Source: an uncultured Spirochaetota bacterium (lineage in GTDB: Bacteria; Spirochaetota; Spirochaetia; JAFGXN01). Taken from it: a DNA stretch of 64,000 bases. The stretch is from the NCBI GenBank assembly GCA_944388995.1, contig CALXKN010000004.1, positions 6,394-70,393 of the forward strand, written 5' to 3'. A program made the translations under genes and the position numbers. Below are positions 1 to 8,833 of this stretch, one piece after another; the first letter of the stretch is position 1; the number at the start of each line of letters is the position of its first letter. The notes below the pieces were generated by a model. The model saw only the letters and a list, made by a program, of their open reading frames with translations. It was not told the origin of the DNA and did no database searches.

Positions 1-379
1 GGCATTGGTGCATGCAGTAAAAGGAGAAGCGGATGAATTTTATCGGGAGGAGTTAATGATGCGCCAAGCTGCCGGGTTTCCGCCGTTTTCGGGATTGGTT
101 CACTTGGTTTGCAAATCGGTCGATCGGGACACAGCAGAAACGGCTATCACCCGACTGGCGGAAGTTTTACAGAACAATGGAATCGGGGCGGATGAGTTGT
201 TGGGGCCGACAGAGGCACCGGTTGCTAAATTGAATGGCAAATATCGTTTTCACTGCTTGATACGCACTTCGAGGCCGCAAAAATACGCAAAGATTGTCAA
301 AGAAGCGGCTGCGGCGGTTGTCGGCGAATTCCGTCGGTGTCAAATTGATATCGATGCCGATCCGCTATCGGTTGAATAG
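1..379 (+). CDS. priA: primosomal protein N' (PriA), C-terminal fragment; gene starts upstream of window
   Basis: Translation of 5..379 resembles the PriA C-terminal region; sits directly upstream of def-fmt as in many bacteria. Confidence 0.55.
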   Translation, partial: ALVHAVKGEADEFYREELMMRQAAGFPPFSGLVHLVCKSVDRDTAETAITRLAEVLQNNGIGADELLGPTEAPVAKLNGKYRFHCLIRTSRPQKYAKIVKEAAAAVVGEFRRCQIDIDADPLSVE

Positions 380-381
380 AC

Positions 382-909
382 TTGCCAAAGCGGCCGAATT
401 TTAGTACAATGAAAATAATGAAACTGACCTTAATCGGAGATCCGGTCCTTCGTGAAAAGGCCGGGCCGGTAGAACAATTTGACGACTCTTTGCGGCAAAC
501 GCTTGACGGAATGGTTAAGCTGATGCGGAAAAAATCGGGAGTCGGATTAGCGGCTCCGCAGATAGGCATTAAAAAACGATTTTTCGTCGTCCAGGTTCCG
601 GGAGAAGAGCCGCTTTTCTTTGTCAATCCCGAAATCATCGGCACTTCGATGGAAATGAGCGGTTTTGAAGAGGGCTGTCTGAGCGTTCCCGGCGTCTGGG
701 GAGTGATTTCCCGTCCATCATCGATTCAGATTCAAGCCCAAAACGGTGACGGTAAATTTTTTCGGCTTTCTGCCGATGGTTATCTGGCGCGCATCATTCA
801 GCATGAATACGATCATCTCAACGGCATTCTGTTTGTTGATCACTTTGATGAAAAACAGTCGGCAAAATATCAAAAAAAATTAAACAAAGCGGAGCCGGCA
901 AAAAAATGA
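382..909 (+). CDS. def: peptide deformylase
   Basis: Motifs GLAAPQIG, EGCLSVPG, QHEYDHLNG (three PDF signature motifs). ORF begins at TTG 382; ATG at 409 (MKIMKL) is the more likely start. Confidence 0.9.
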   Translation: MPKRPNFSTMKIMKLTLIGDPVLREKAGPVEQFDDSLRQTLDGMVKLMRKKSGVGLAAPQIGIKKRFFVVQVPGEEPLFFVNPEIIGTSMEMSGFEEGCLSVPGVWGVISRPSSIQIQAQNGDGKFFRLSADGYLARIIQHEYDHLNGILFVDHFDEKQSAKYQKKLNKAEPAKK

Positions 910-1877
910 AGATTTTTTTTGCGGGGACTCCCGCCATCGCCGTTCCGACGCTGGAAGCACTGAACGCTTCTCCTGATATCGAGATTGTGGGCGTATTGAC
1001 CAATCCTGATCGGCCTGTTGGCCGGGGGCGTCATTACGAATCGACGCCGGTAAAAGCAAAAGCACTTGACTTGAAGCTGCGCGTTTATCAGCCTGAATCA
1101 TTGGCTGAGGATTTTTTTGACGTGATTCGTTTTTGCCGACCGCAGTTGTTGGTTGTATTCGCTTACGGAAAAATCTTTTCCCGGGATTTCCTTTCGCTCT
1201 TTCCGAACGGCGGCATCAATATTCATCCTTCTCTGCTGCCGCGATGGCGCGGACCTTCCCCGATTACTGCCGCCTTGCTTGCCCGCGACACTCAGACGGG
1301 ACTGTCGATTCAAACCGTTGATAAGTGGATGGATTGCGGAGATATTCTGTACAGCGAAAAGGTCTTTCTCAGCGGCCGCGAAACTGCGGAATCGCTGAAT
1401 ACTCTTTTTGCCTCAATGGCAGCGGAGGCGGCGGTTTGCGTTGTTGAAAATTTTGAAGAATTTTATCGCAATCGGACGCCGCAGGACGAGTCGGCAGCGA
1501 CTTATTGCCGCAAAATCAAAAAAGAAGACGGAATCATCGATTGGACGATGCCGGCGGTCGATATTGACGCTTGCGTCCGCGCCTATTATCCTCAGCCGAA
1601 AGCCCGTTCGTATTTTAACGGAATCGAGCTGTATTTTCTCCGTTGCGACGTATTCGATTCGGCGCGGCTGCCTCTTTCGCTTCTTGAAACTGCGGCGGCG
1701 GCTGTTCCCGGTGAGATTTTCGGTTATTTGAAACCGATCGGATTTTTAATCAAAACAGGAGACGGAATTTTGGCTGTTTCTGAATTGCAGTTGAAGTCAA
1801 GAAAGGCGTTGGATGCGGCGTCTTTCAAAAACGGTTCTCCCGAAATTGTCGGGACCCGTTTGGGGAGTGAGCCATGA
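906..1877 (+). CDS. fmt: methionyl-tRNA formyltransferase
   Basis: MKIFFAGTP...IHPSLLPRWRGPSPI formyltransferase signature; 4-nt overlap with def stop. Confidence 0.9.
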   Translation: MKIFFAGTPAIAVPTLEALNASPDIEIVGVLTNPDRPVGRGRHYESTPVKAKALDLKLRVYQPESLAEDFFDVIRFCRPQLLVVFAYGKIFSRDFLSLFPNGGINIHPSLLPRWRGPSPITAALLARDTQTGLSIQTVDKWMDCGDILYSEKVFLSGRETAESLNTLFASMAAEAAVCVVENFEEFYRNRTPQDESAATYCRKIKKEDGIIDWTMPAVDIDACVRAYYPQPKARSYFNGIELYFLRCDVFDSARLPLSLLETAAAAVPGEIFGYLKPIGFLIKTGDGILAVSELQLKSRKALDAASFKNGSPEIVGTRLGSEP

Positions 1878-2914
1878 AAATCAAAACATCCGGATCCCTC
1901 GGAAAGAGGATTCTCGCCTTTCTCAGAAGTCTTTTCTATGAAGAAACGGATTCTCCGGAGGTGAAGACCGTCAAAGTCGTTTCTTATACGGTTTTGACCG
2001 TCATTGCTGTCTGTATTCTTTTGTCAAGCATTCTGTTTTCTGCTCTTTTTGAAGAGAGGGAAACCGTTTCCGTTCCGAACGTTGTCGGTATGACGTTGGA
2101 TGAAGCGATGGAGACAATGCAAAATCATTTTCTCCGCGTTAAAATTAATCGAGTCAATACAGAAGATTTGACTGAGAAAGGGGTTGTGGTTTCACAAACC
2201 AAAACTCCCGGTTCAGTTGTCAAAGTCGATTATACGGTCGTTTTGAATGTCGGAAAGGGACCTGTTTCGGATAAAATCACTGATTTTTCGGGGTGGGACA
2301 TTGACGACGTGGAACCTTTTTTGAAAGCGTATCAATCGCAGCTGACGTTGTTGTATCCGCTTTCATATGTCGTCAATAACCGTCCGCGGGGGACCGTTTT
2401 GGGACAGGATCCTCCTGCCGGGACGGAGATTTACGGCGATATTTCACTGCGCCTGTTTGTCTCCGGAGGTCCGGACTTGTACCGGACGTCGATTGAAAAT
2501 TTTGTCGGAAAATCTTACCGCGAAACGATGCTGACGCTTGCAAACCGGAATATTGCGTTTCGTTTTACGGCAGAGGCTCCGCAAACGCGGCAGTCGCCGT
2601 TTACCATCTCTTCACAATCCGTCGAACCCGGTGAATTGATTTCCGTTTTCGAAGGCTGTGTGTTTAACGTCGTTCCGCCGACTTATGTCTCTGCTGATCG
2701 GGTTTTCGGTTTAGTTTCCGCAGCCGTTGAACGCCCGCGTGTTCCCGTTTTACTGAAGGTGACGCGAACCCCTGTCAATCAACGGGAAGAAGATTATTTT
2801 TCCATGCAGTTTATGAGCGATGTTATTTCTTTTCCGTATTACGATGCGCCGGGAACCGTTTACACGATTTATATGGACGAAACTCCCGTTACAATTCATC
2901 AAGTTGCAAAATGA
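1874..2914 (+). CDS. membrane-anchored PASTA-domain protein (no kinase or PBP domain)
   Basis: N-terminal TM helix (VLTVIAVCILLSSILFSALF) followed by PASTA-like repeats (VPNVVGMTLDEAMETM...GSVVKVDYTVVLNVGKGP); ATGA overlap with fmt. Confidence 0.55.
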   Translation: MKIKTSGSLGKRILAFLRSLFYEETDSPEVKTVKVVSYTVLTVIAVCILLSSILFSALFEERETVSVPNVVGMTLDEAMETMQNHFLRVKINRVNTEDLTEKGVVVSQTKTPGSVVKVDYTVVLNVGKGPVSDKITDFSGWDIDDVEPFLKAYQSQLTLLYPLSYVVNNRPRGTVLGQDPPAGTEIYGDISLRLFVSGGPDLYRTSIENFVGKSYRETMLTLANRNIAFRFTAEAPQTRQSPFTISSQSVEPGELISVFEGCVFNVVPPTYVSADRVFGLVSAAVERPRVPVLLKVTRTPVNQREEDYFSMQFMSDVISFPYYDAPGTVYTIYMDETPVTIHQVAK

Positions 2915-3834
2915 ACCGGGCAATTCAGGGATTTCTTCTTTTTATCGCAGTACTCGCTGTTTCGTGCGGAATCGCTCCGCCGAAAGAGATGAAGGCACAG
3001 CTGTTTTTGGATTTTCTTGATACAACGTCCGATGAGATCGTGGATTCGTTCAACGATTTCTCCGCGCTGGATCTATTGAAGCCGTATTGGCTGCCGAATC
3101 CTCTGCTGTGGCATTTTCCGCCGTCTCAAGAAATTCTATTTGAGAAGAGCGCTTTTCCCTCCGAAGAGCTTGACGATTCCGTCATGTTCGCTTTAAATGG
3201 AAATGGTGAAATCGTTTTAAATCGGAATTTTTATTTTACCGCATGGGGGAAAACACTTGTTTACTCGTTCGATAAAATCCGCTGGTTTGCGCTGGACGGC
3301 GATCCGCGGGAGTATGAGGCGTTTGTTCCCGACATTCGTTTCCGGTCGCAGCGCGACGGCGGGCGGCTGCACTTCCGTTTTACGTGGGCTGTACGCGAAG
3401 GAAATTCACCGAAACCGGTGCCGCTGAGGGATGCGGTTGTTTTTTCCGAACGGAAAGAAATTTCTCTCTTGCCGAATCAGGTCTGTTACTCCACCGACAA
3501 AAACGACCGCCCTGTTGATCTGCATTCTCATGTGTTTTTTGTTCCGAACGGAACGAAAGTCGCGTTTAAATGGGATTTTGACTGTAATTTTTTGCAGCTG
3601 CATCAGCTTGACGGCTGCCGCACGGTTTTGAAGCCTCTCAAAGATTTATGGTTTTATCGGAAAAATAGAATTATTTCTCTCGGTTTTGACGGGAAAAATT
3701 ACGGAGATACCTTTTTTAGTTATCGGTTTGCAATGAAACAATCGGTAACAACGGATGATACAGGTTATCCGACCGTTTGTCAACGGATTCTTTTAGTGAA
3801 TAAAAAATTTCCACATATTGATGTTGCCGACTGA
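2911..3834 (+). CDS. hypothetical lipoprotein
   Basis: Signal peptide with lipobox-like LAVSCG; no recognisable catalytic motifs. Confidence 0.45.
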   Translation: MNRAIQGFLLFIAVLAVSCGIAPPKEMKAQLFLDFLDTTSDEIVDSFNDFSALDLLKPYWLPNPLLWHFPPSQEILFEKSAFPSEELDDSVMFALNGNGEIVLNRNFYFTAWGKTLVYSFDKIRWFALDGDPREYEAFVPDIRFRSQRDGGRLHFRFTWAVREGNSPKPVPLRDAVVFSERKEISLLPNQVCYSTDKNDRPVDLHSHVFFVPNGTKVAFKWDFDCNFLQLHQLDGCRTVLKPLKDLWFYRKNRIISLGFDGKNYGDTFFSYRFAMKQSVTTDDTGYPTVCQRILLVNKKFPHIDVAD

Positions 3835-3888
3835 CCGTCGCGATTCGCTCTAAAACGGTCATTTTCGGTTTTAATGAAAGGAGCGAAT

Positions 3889-5178
3889 ATGAGAGAAATT
3901 AAATGTCCTAAGTGCGGTGAGGTGTTTCAGGCTGATGAAGCCGGATATGCGGCTATTGTCAAACAGGTCAGAGACGAAGAGTTTTCGAGGGAACTCGCGG
4001 CAAAAGAGTCGCAGTTTCAATCCGATAAAGAAAGTGCATTGCGTTTGACCCGCCTCGAAACCGAAAACCGTTTTAAGGATGATTTAAACAGAAAAGACGG
4101 TGAAATCGAGAAATTGAAATCGGAAATTGAAGCCGCGCGATTGGCAGGAAAGGCGACCGTCAGCGAATTGACTGCTGAAAAAGATCGGCGGATCGCCGAC
4201 TTGCAGGGCAAACTTGATGCCCTTTCTAAAGACAAAGAGATTGAAATTCACACTCTTCTCAAAGAAAAAGAACGGGAACTTGCAGAAAAAGAGAGTCGTA
4301 TTCTTTTGCTCAGCGGTGAACAAGAGCTTTTTAAAAAAGAGGTTTTACTGAAAGAACAGTCGTTGAAAGAGCAGTACGAAAATGAATTGAAAAACAAAGA
4401 TGAAGAAATCGAACGGCTGAAAAACTATAAACTGAAGCAGTCGACAAAAATGGTCGGCGAAAGTTTGGAACACCACTGCGAAACGGAGTTCAATCGCCTC
4501 CGTGCAACCGGTTTTCAAAGCGCATACTTTGAAAAGGATAACGACGCCAAACTCGGCAGCAAAGGCGACTACATTTATCGAGATTACGATCAAAACGGAA
4601 CAGAGTTTGTATCGATCATGTTTGAAATGAAAAATGAGGTCGAAACAACAGCGTCGAAAAAGAAAAATACGGACTTTTTAAAGGAATTGGATAAAGACCG
4701 CCGCCAAAAAAATTGCGAATACGCCGTTCTTGTTTCCATGCTGGAGCCGGAAAACGAGTTATACAATACGGGAATAGTCGATGTATCGCACTTATTTGAG
4801 AAGATGTATGTGATTCGGCCGCAGTTTTTTATTCCGATGATTACTTTATTGCGCAATGCAGCGCTTCATTCGCTCGAATATCGTAACGAATTGGCTCTTA
4901 TCAAAGCTCAAAATATCGATATTTCGAATTTTGAAGCGGAAATGAACGACTTTAAGGATAAGTTTTCAAAAAATTTTCGTCTTGCAAGCGAAAAATTCAA
5001 AAAAGCCATTGAAGAAATCGACAAAACAATCGAACATCTGCGGAAAACAAAAGAGGCGTTGCTGTCATCAGAAAATAATTTGCGGTTGGCAAACAGCAAA
5101 GCGGAGGGTTTAACGATTCAGCGGTTGACGCGAAACAATCCGACCATGCAGGCCAAATTCGATGAGTTAAAAAAGTAA
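3889..5178 (+). CDS. DUF2130-family protein: N-terminal zinc ribbon, long coiled coil, C-terminal PD-(D/E)xK-like domain
   Basis: [13 protein letters not shown] (C-x2-C), heptad-rich K/E coiled coil, C-terminal GDYIYRD...FEMK (D...ExK). AGGAG RBS 5 nt before ATG 3889; ORF-track start at 3874 includes the RBS. Confidence 0.6.
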   Translation: MREIKCPKCGEVFQADEAGYAAIVKQVRDEEFSRELAAKESQFQSDKESALRLTRLETENRFKDDLNRKDGEIEKLKSEIEAARLAGKATVSELTAEKDRRIADLQGKLDALSKDKEIEIHTLLKEKERELAEKESRILLLSGEQELFKKEVLLKEQSLKEQYENELKNKDEEIERLKNYKLKQSTKMVGESLEHHCETEFNRLRATGFQSAYFEKDNDAKLGSKGDYIYRDYDQNGTEFVSIMFEMKNEVETTASKKKNTDFLKELDKDRRQKNCEYAVLVSMLEPENELYNTGIVDVSHLFEKMYVIRPQFFIPMITLLRNAALHSLEYRNELALIKAQNIDISNFEAEMNDFKDKFSKNFRLASEKFKKAIEEIDKTIEHLRKTKEALLSSENNLRLANSKAEGLTIQRLTRNNPTMQAKFDELKK

Positions 5179-5209
5179 GCGCAGCGCATTTTCTTTTTGC
5201 GCTTTAATT
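5177..5209. terminator. possible bidirectional stem-loop between convergent genes
   Basis: aagcgca...tgcgctt inverted repeat with T-rich loop, no clean downstream T-tract. Confidence 0.25.
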
Positions 5210-7345
5210 CAAATCGATCCAACCTGATTGCTCTATCACTTTGTTAATAACGCCGTCGGCGGTTTCAAAAACGAAACGCATCGGTTCCAATGTGCGGATG
5301 TGTACCCTGCGGATGTCTTCATCCGAAATAACGACATTGACCGTCCCGTTGGAGATTGAATCGATTCGGCAATGGTAACCGCGGACTTCTTTCGGCGATT
5401 CGGCGTAAATGTAGGCCTTATCGAAAAGAAATTCATACAGCAGCAGCGGCGCCTGAAAACGGCAGTGTTGCCTGATTCCGTAATTATGGGCTGTTTTGTA
5501 TTGGCTTTCCCTGCTTCGGTTGATGAGGGTCGCCATTGCGTTGAGGGCGTTCACCAAATCTTCTTCGCATCCTGTTTTTTCATAAAAAGCGGTGGCCGCT
5601 TTCAGGTAGACAGCCGTCGGATCGGTCGGAAAAGAAACTCCGGCATACAGCGGTGTGCTGTATGCGGAATGAAAATACGGCGAAGCGTTCTCTTTCTGAA
5701 TATGGCACTCTGCCGCTTTCAGCAGTTTTGCTCCGAGCAGAAAAAATTCCGTTTTCAATTCATCCGAAAAATCGGTCTGCGGTTCGGACAGTTCAAGAAA
5801 TTGTTTGGCTGAAATCAATGCTGTCGGCGGATAAGATTCATCGTAATTCGGTTTCTTGTTTTTCAAATAGGTGAGCGCTTTTATAAGGACATTCCGGCAC
5901 AGTTCGGCTTCTTCCGTTTTGCCGGCTTTTTGGTTCAGGTGCGACATTGCCATGAAAGAAGAAAGCAATAACGGAGAAGCTGTCAGATCTTCTTTTGTAT
6001 CGGGATAAAAGATATTCCCGCTGGGTAACTGCATTTTCGAAAAATAATCGGAAATCAGATTGGCAAAATCCAAATCATTGCTGATCAGAGCCAGATTGAG
6101 AAGGAGGAAGCCCGATTCGGGATCTTTAACGGCGTTTAAATTAAGTTTGTTGAGTTGCGGTTGAACAAAGATATTTTTGATAGCGGTAATCCGCTTTTCG
6201 GAAATCTCTTTAAATTCCGGAAAGAGTGCGCCGGCTGTAGCCGCCAAAATATCCGCATAGCAAATTTCATCGGAAGTTTGCGGAATCGGAGTTTTTACAG
6301 CCCGTTCCGCTTCCTGTCTGATAATTTCATGCGGATCTCTGAACACGGAAAATCCGGCGCTCGTTGTCTGTCCTTTTTCGTTCTGTACAGATAACAGATA
6401 AACACCCGGCGCCGCCATTTCTTCGAATGCGAACTGAATCGTCGGCGGTTCTTCCGGTTCGGATTTTTCTTCTTCCGCATTGGGATTTTTCGGCTGAGGT
6501 GTTCTTTCGAAAACAGTTTTGCTGCCGTCAGGGGCGGTCAGCGTCAGTTTAACCGGCGCCTTTGTATGAATCCGACCGGTAACGGTTTCTCCGATAAAGT
6601 AATATGTCCGTTTTAAATCAATGGTCGGAATCCCCGAAATATCAAGAATGACATTTTTCAGACAGTCGTTTTCGGGAATTGCGGCCAGAGAAAAGGCCCA
6701 TCTGACAGTTTCATTGTATTCCATTTGTCGGAAATTTTCTTTTGCCAATAAGTCGATTTTGATTGTCTGCGTTTTTTGATCAAACTGTAAATAGGAAATG
6801 CGCTCAACGGGACTCGGACAGGCAACGGCAAACATTTTCCTTCCGGGAGTTGTGAAACAACCCCACAGAGTGTTTTCTTCCTGCCGCAGGATTGTCGGGT
6901 AGTAAACTTCTTCTGAGGGGCGGTCAAGAGAGTTTCCGATATCAAATCCCAAGAGAATGGAGACATCGTGAGGGGCAGCCTCTTTATGTGAATTTTTTTT
7001 CATTTCGACTTCAATGATAAAAGAGCGGGCAGCGATATTCGGTCTGATGAATAACGAGTATTTGACACGATCCTTAACTGCGTAAAATTTATAGGGATTA
7101 ATCTCTTCTGCTTCAAGTTCCAGTTTTTCGTTGTCAATCAGAATAGCCGGTCCGGCAAGTGAGTCGGCTCGGAAAAAAAGCGGCGGCTGTTCTCTTGAAA
7201 GCCAAAGGCGGTCGAATCTTGTAAAATGATCGTCCGGATAGTTGTTTCCGTCCGGATAAACGGCCCGGATATAAACTTGCGGGTGTACGGAAAGGGTAAA
7301 AAGCGCTGAAAGAATAAATAATAAAATTCCGTTCTTTTTTTTCAT
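5204..7345 (-). CDS. large secreted hypothetical protein (713 aa)
   Basis: N-terminal signal peptide MKKKNGILLFILSALFTLSV; long ORF with coding-like composition; no recognisable motif. Confidence 0.5.
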   Translation of the reverse strand: MKKKNGILLFILSALFTLSVHPQVYIRAVYPDGNNYPDDHFTRFDRLWLSREQPPLFFRADSLAGPAILIDNEKLELEAEEINPYKFYAVKDRVKYSLFIRPNIAARSFIIEVEMKKNSHKEAAPHDVSILLGFDIGNSLDRPSEEVYYPTILRQEENTLWGCFTTPGRKMFAVACPSPVERISYLQFDQKTQTIKIDLLAKENFRQMEYNETVRWAFSLAAIPENDCLKNVILDISGIPTIDLKRTYYFIGETVTGRIHTKAPVKLTLTAPDGSKTVFERTPQPKNPNAEEEKSEPEEPPTIQFAFEEMAAPGVYLLSVQNEKGQTTSAGFSVFRDPHEIIRQEAERAVKTPIPQTSDEICYADILAATAGALFPEFKEISEKRITAIKNIFVQPQLNKLNLNAVKDPESGFLLLNLALISNDLDFANLISDYFSKMQLPSGNIFYPDTKEDLTASPLLLSSFMAMSHLNQKAGKTEEAELCRNVLIKALTYLKNKKPNYDESYPPTALISAKQFLELSEPQTDFSDELKTEFFLLGAKLLKAAECHIQKENASPYFHSAYSTPLYAGVSFPTDPTAVYLKAATAFYEKTGCEEDLVNALNAMATLINRSRESQYKTAHNYGIRQHCRFQAPLLLYEFLFDKAYIYAESPKEVRGYHCRIDSISNGTVNVVISDEDIRRVHIRTLEPMRFVFETADGVINKVIEQSGWIDLN

Positions 7346-7385
7346 GATTTATTTTATTTTATTTTTTTGTCCTTGTCAATAAAAA

Positions 7386-8141
7386 TCAGAAATCGACGGT
7401 GAGTCCGTCGTAGGCCAATTCCGTTCCGGGCGGCAATTCGGCGCTGACCGCTTCGTGTTCCAGATTGTGGCAGATGTGGGTGAAATAAACTTTCTCTGCT
7501 CCGATTTTTCCGGCGATTTCCGCTGCCTGAGGCAGGGAGAGGTGGGTCGGATGGGGGCGCCAGCGCAGGGCGTTTAAAACCAAGACGCGGCAGCCGGAGG
7601 CGGCTTTCAGAGTTTCGGCCGGAATGCGGAGGGCGTCGGTGATATAAACCAAGCCGCCGATTCGGTATCCGAAAATCCGCAGGTGTCCGTGATAAACCGG
7701 CAGCGGCACGATCTGACGGCCGCCGATCTCAAAAGGCCTCCGAACGCGGTGCGGCGCCAGCGACGGAAATCCGCCTCCGGCCTGTTTCGGCGGGGTGAAG
7801 GCGTAGGGAAAGGTGCGCCGCAGCGTTTTCAGCGTTTCGCGGCTGCCGTAAACCGGAAGCGGCCGGCGCGCGGTAAAAACCCGCAGGTCGTCGAGACCGA
7901 AGATGTGATCGGCGTGCGCATGGGTGTAGAGGACGGCGTCGACGCGGTCAAGTTTTTCCCGCAGAGCCTGAAGACGGAATTCAGGCGGCGTATCGATGAG
8001 CCACTTCTCTCCGCCGGTCTCCAGCAAAGCGCCGCAACGGGTGCGTTTGTTTTTCGGGTTTTCGGAGCGGCACACGGAACAGCGGCATCCGATAACGGGA
8101 ATACCGTGGGACGTTCCCGTTCCCAGAAAAGTCAGTCTCAT
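7386..8141 (-). CDS. MBL-fold metallo-hydrolase
   Basis: LGTGTSHGIP...HAHADHIFGLDDL metallo-beta-lactamase HxHxDH motif; last gene of the prfA-prmC-relA-ispD array. Confidence 0.7.
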   Translation of the reverse strand: MRLTFLGTGTSHGIPVIGCRCSVCRSENPKNKRTRCGALLETGGEKWLIDTPPEFRLQALREKLDRVDAVLYTHAHADHIFGLDDLRVFTARRPLPVYGSRETLKTLRRTFPYAFTPPKQAGGGFPSLAPHRVRRPFEIGGRQIVPLPVYHGHLRIFGYRIGGLVYITDALRIPAETLKAASGCRVLVLNALRWRPHPTHLSLPQAAEIAGKIGAEKVYFTHICHNLEHEAVSAELPPGTELAYDGLTVDF

Positions 8142-8833
8142 TCCGTCCGCTCCGTATTCCGCCGTTTTAAAATCGCTTCGGCAATGAAGAGGTCTTCGGG
8201 ACGGGTGATTTTGATGTTTTGCGGATCGCCTTCCGCGACGGCGCAGGAAAATCCGGCGTCAAAAAAGAGGGAAGAGTCGTCGGTGTACGTTTTTCCCGAT
8301 CCTTCGGCCAGCCGGTGCGCTTCCCGCAGTTTTTCCGTCGGAAACTTTTGCGGCAGCTGCACATTGAAAAGCCGGTCGCGGCGCAGAATGCGGCCGATTT
8401 CGTTTGATTCGGTTTTTTCCAAAACCGTAAACGGAATTTCGCAGCCGGGCGTCACCGCTTCCGCCGGGTGACGGAGAACCGCCGCAACCGTTTCCCGGGT
8501 GACCAACGGCCGCGCCGTTTCATGCAGCAGCGTTACGGGGAACGAACAGCGGGTAAGTCCGGCCGCCACCGATTGCCGGCGGGTTTCTCCCCCCGGCTGC
8601 CACAGAAGCGGCGGAAGTTCGATTTTCAGAGCGGCGATGATGTTTTCAATCTCCTTTCGGGTGCCTTCTCTGTAAACAATGACGATCTCTCCGATTTCGG
8701 GAAATCCGGATAACGCTTCCAATGCGTATGCAAAAACCGGTTTTCCGTTTAACTCAAGGAACTGTTTCGGGCAGCTGCCTCCCATGCGGCTGCCGCTGCC
8801 GCCGCTGAGTAAAACCGCACTGACGGATTTCAT
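8138..8833 (-). CDS. ispD: 2-C-methyl-D-erythritol 4-phosphate cytidylyltransferase
   Basis: AVLLSGGSGSRMGGSCPKQFLELNGKPV N-terminal nucleotidyltransferase signature; about 230 aa. Confidence 0.8.
   Translation of the reverse strand: MKSVSAVLLSGGSGSRMGGSCPKQFLELNGKPVFAYALEALSGFPEIGEIVIVYREGTRKEIENIIAALKIELPPLLWQPGGETRRQSVAAGLTRCSFPVTLLHETARPLVTRETVAAVLRHPAEAVTPGCEIPFTVLEKTESNEIGRILRRDRLFNVQLPQKFPTEKLREAHRLAEGSGKTYTDDSSLFFDAGFSCAVAEGDPQNIKITRPEDLFIAEAILKRRNTERTE

Noticed and set aside
7683-8471. 262-aa plus-strand ORF across the MBL hydrolase/ispD region
   Set aside because: It is antisense to two well-supported genes and its translation is R/S/A-rich.
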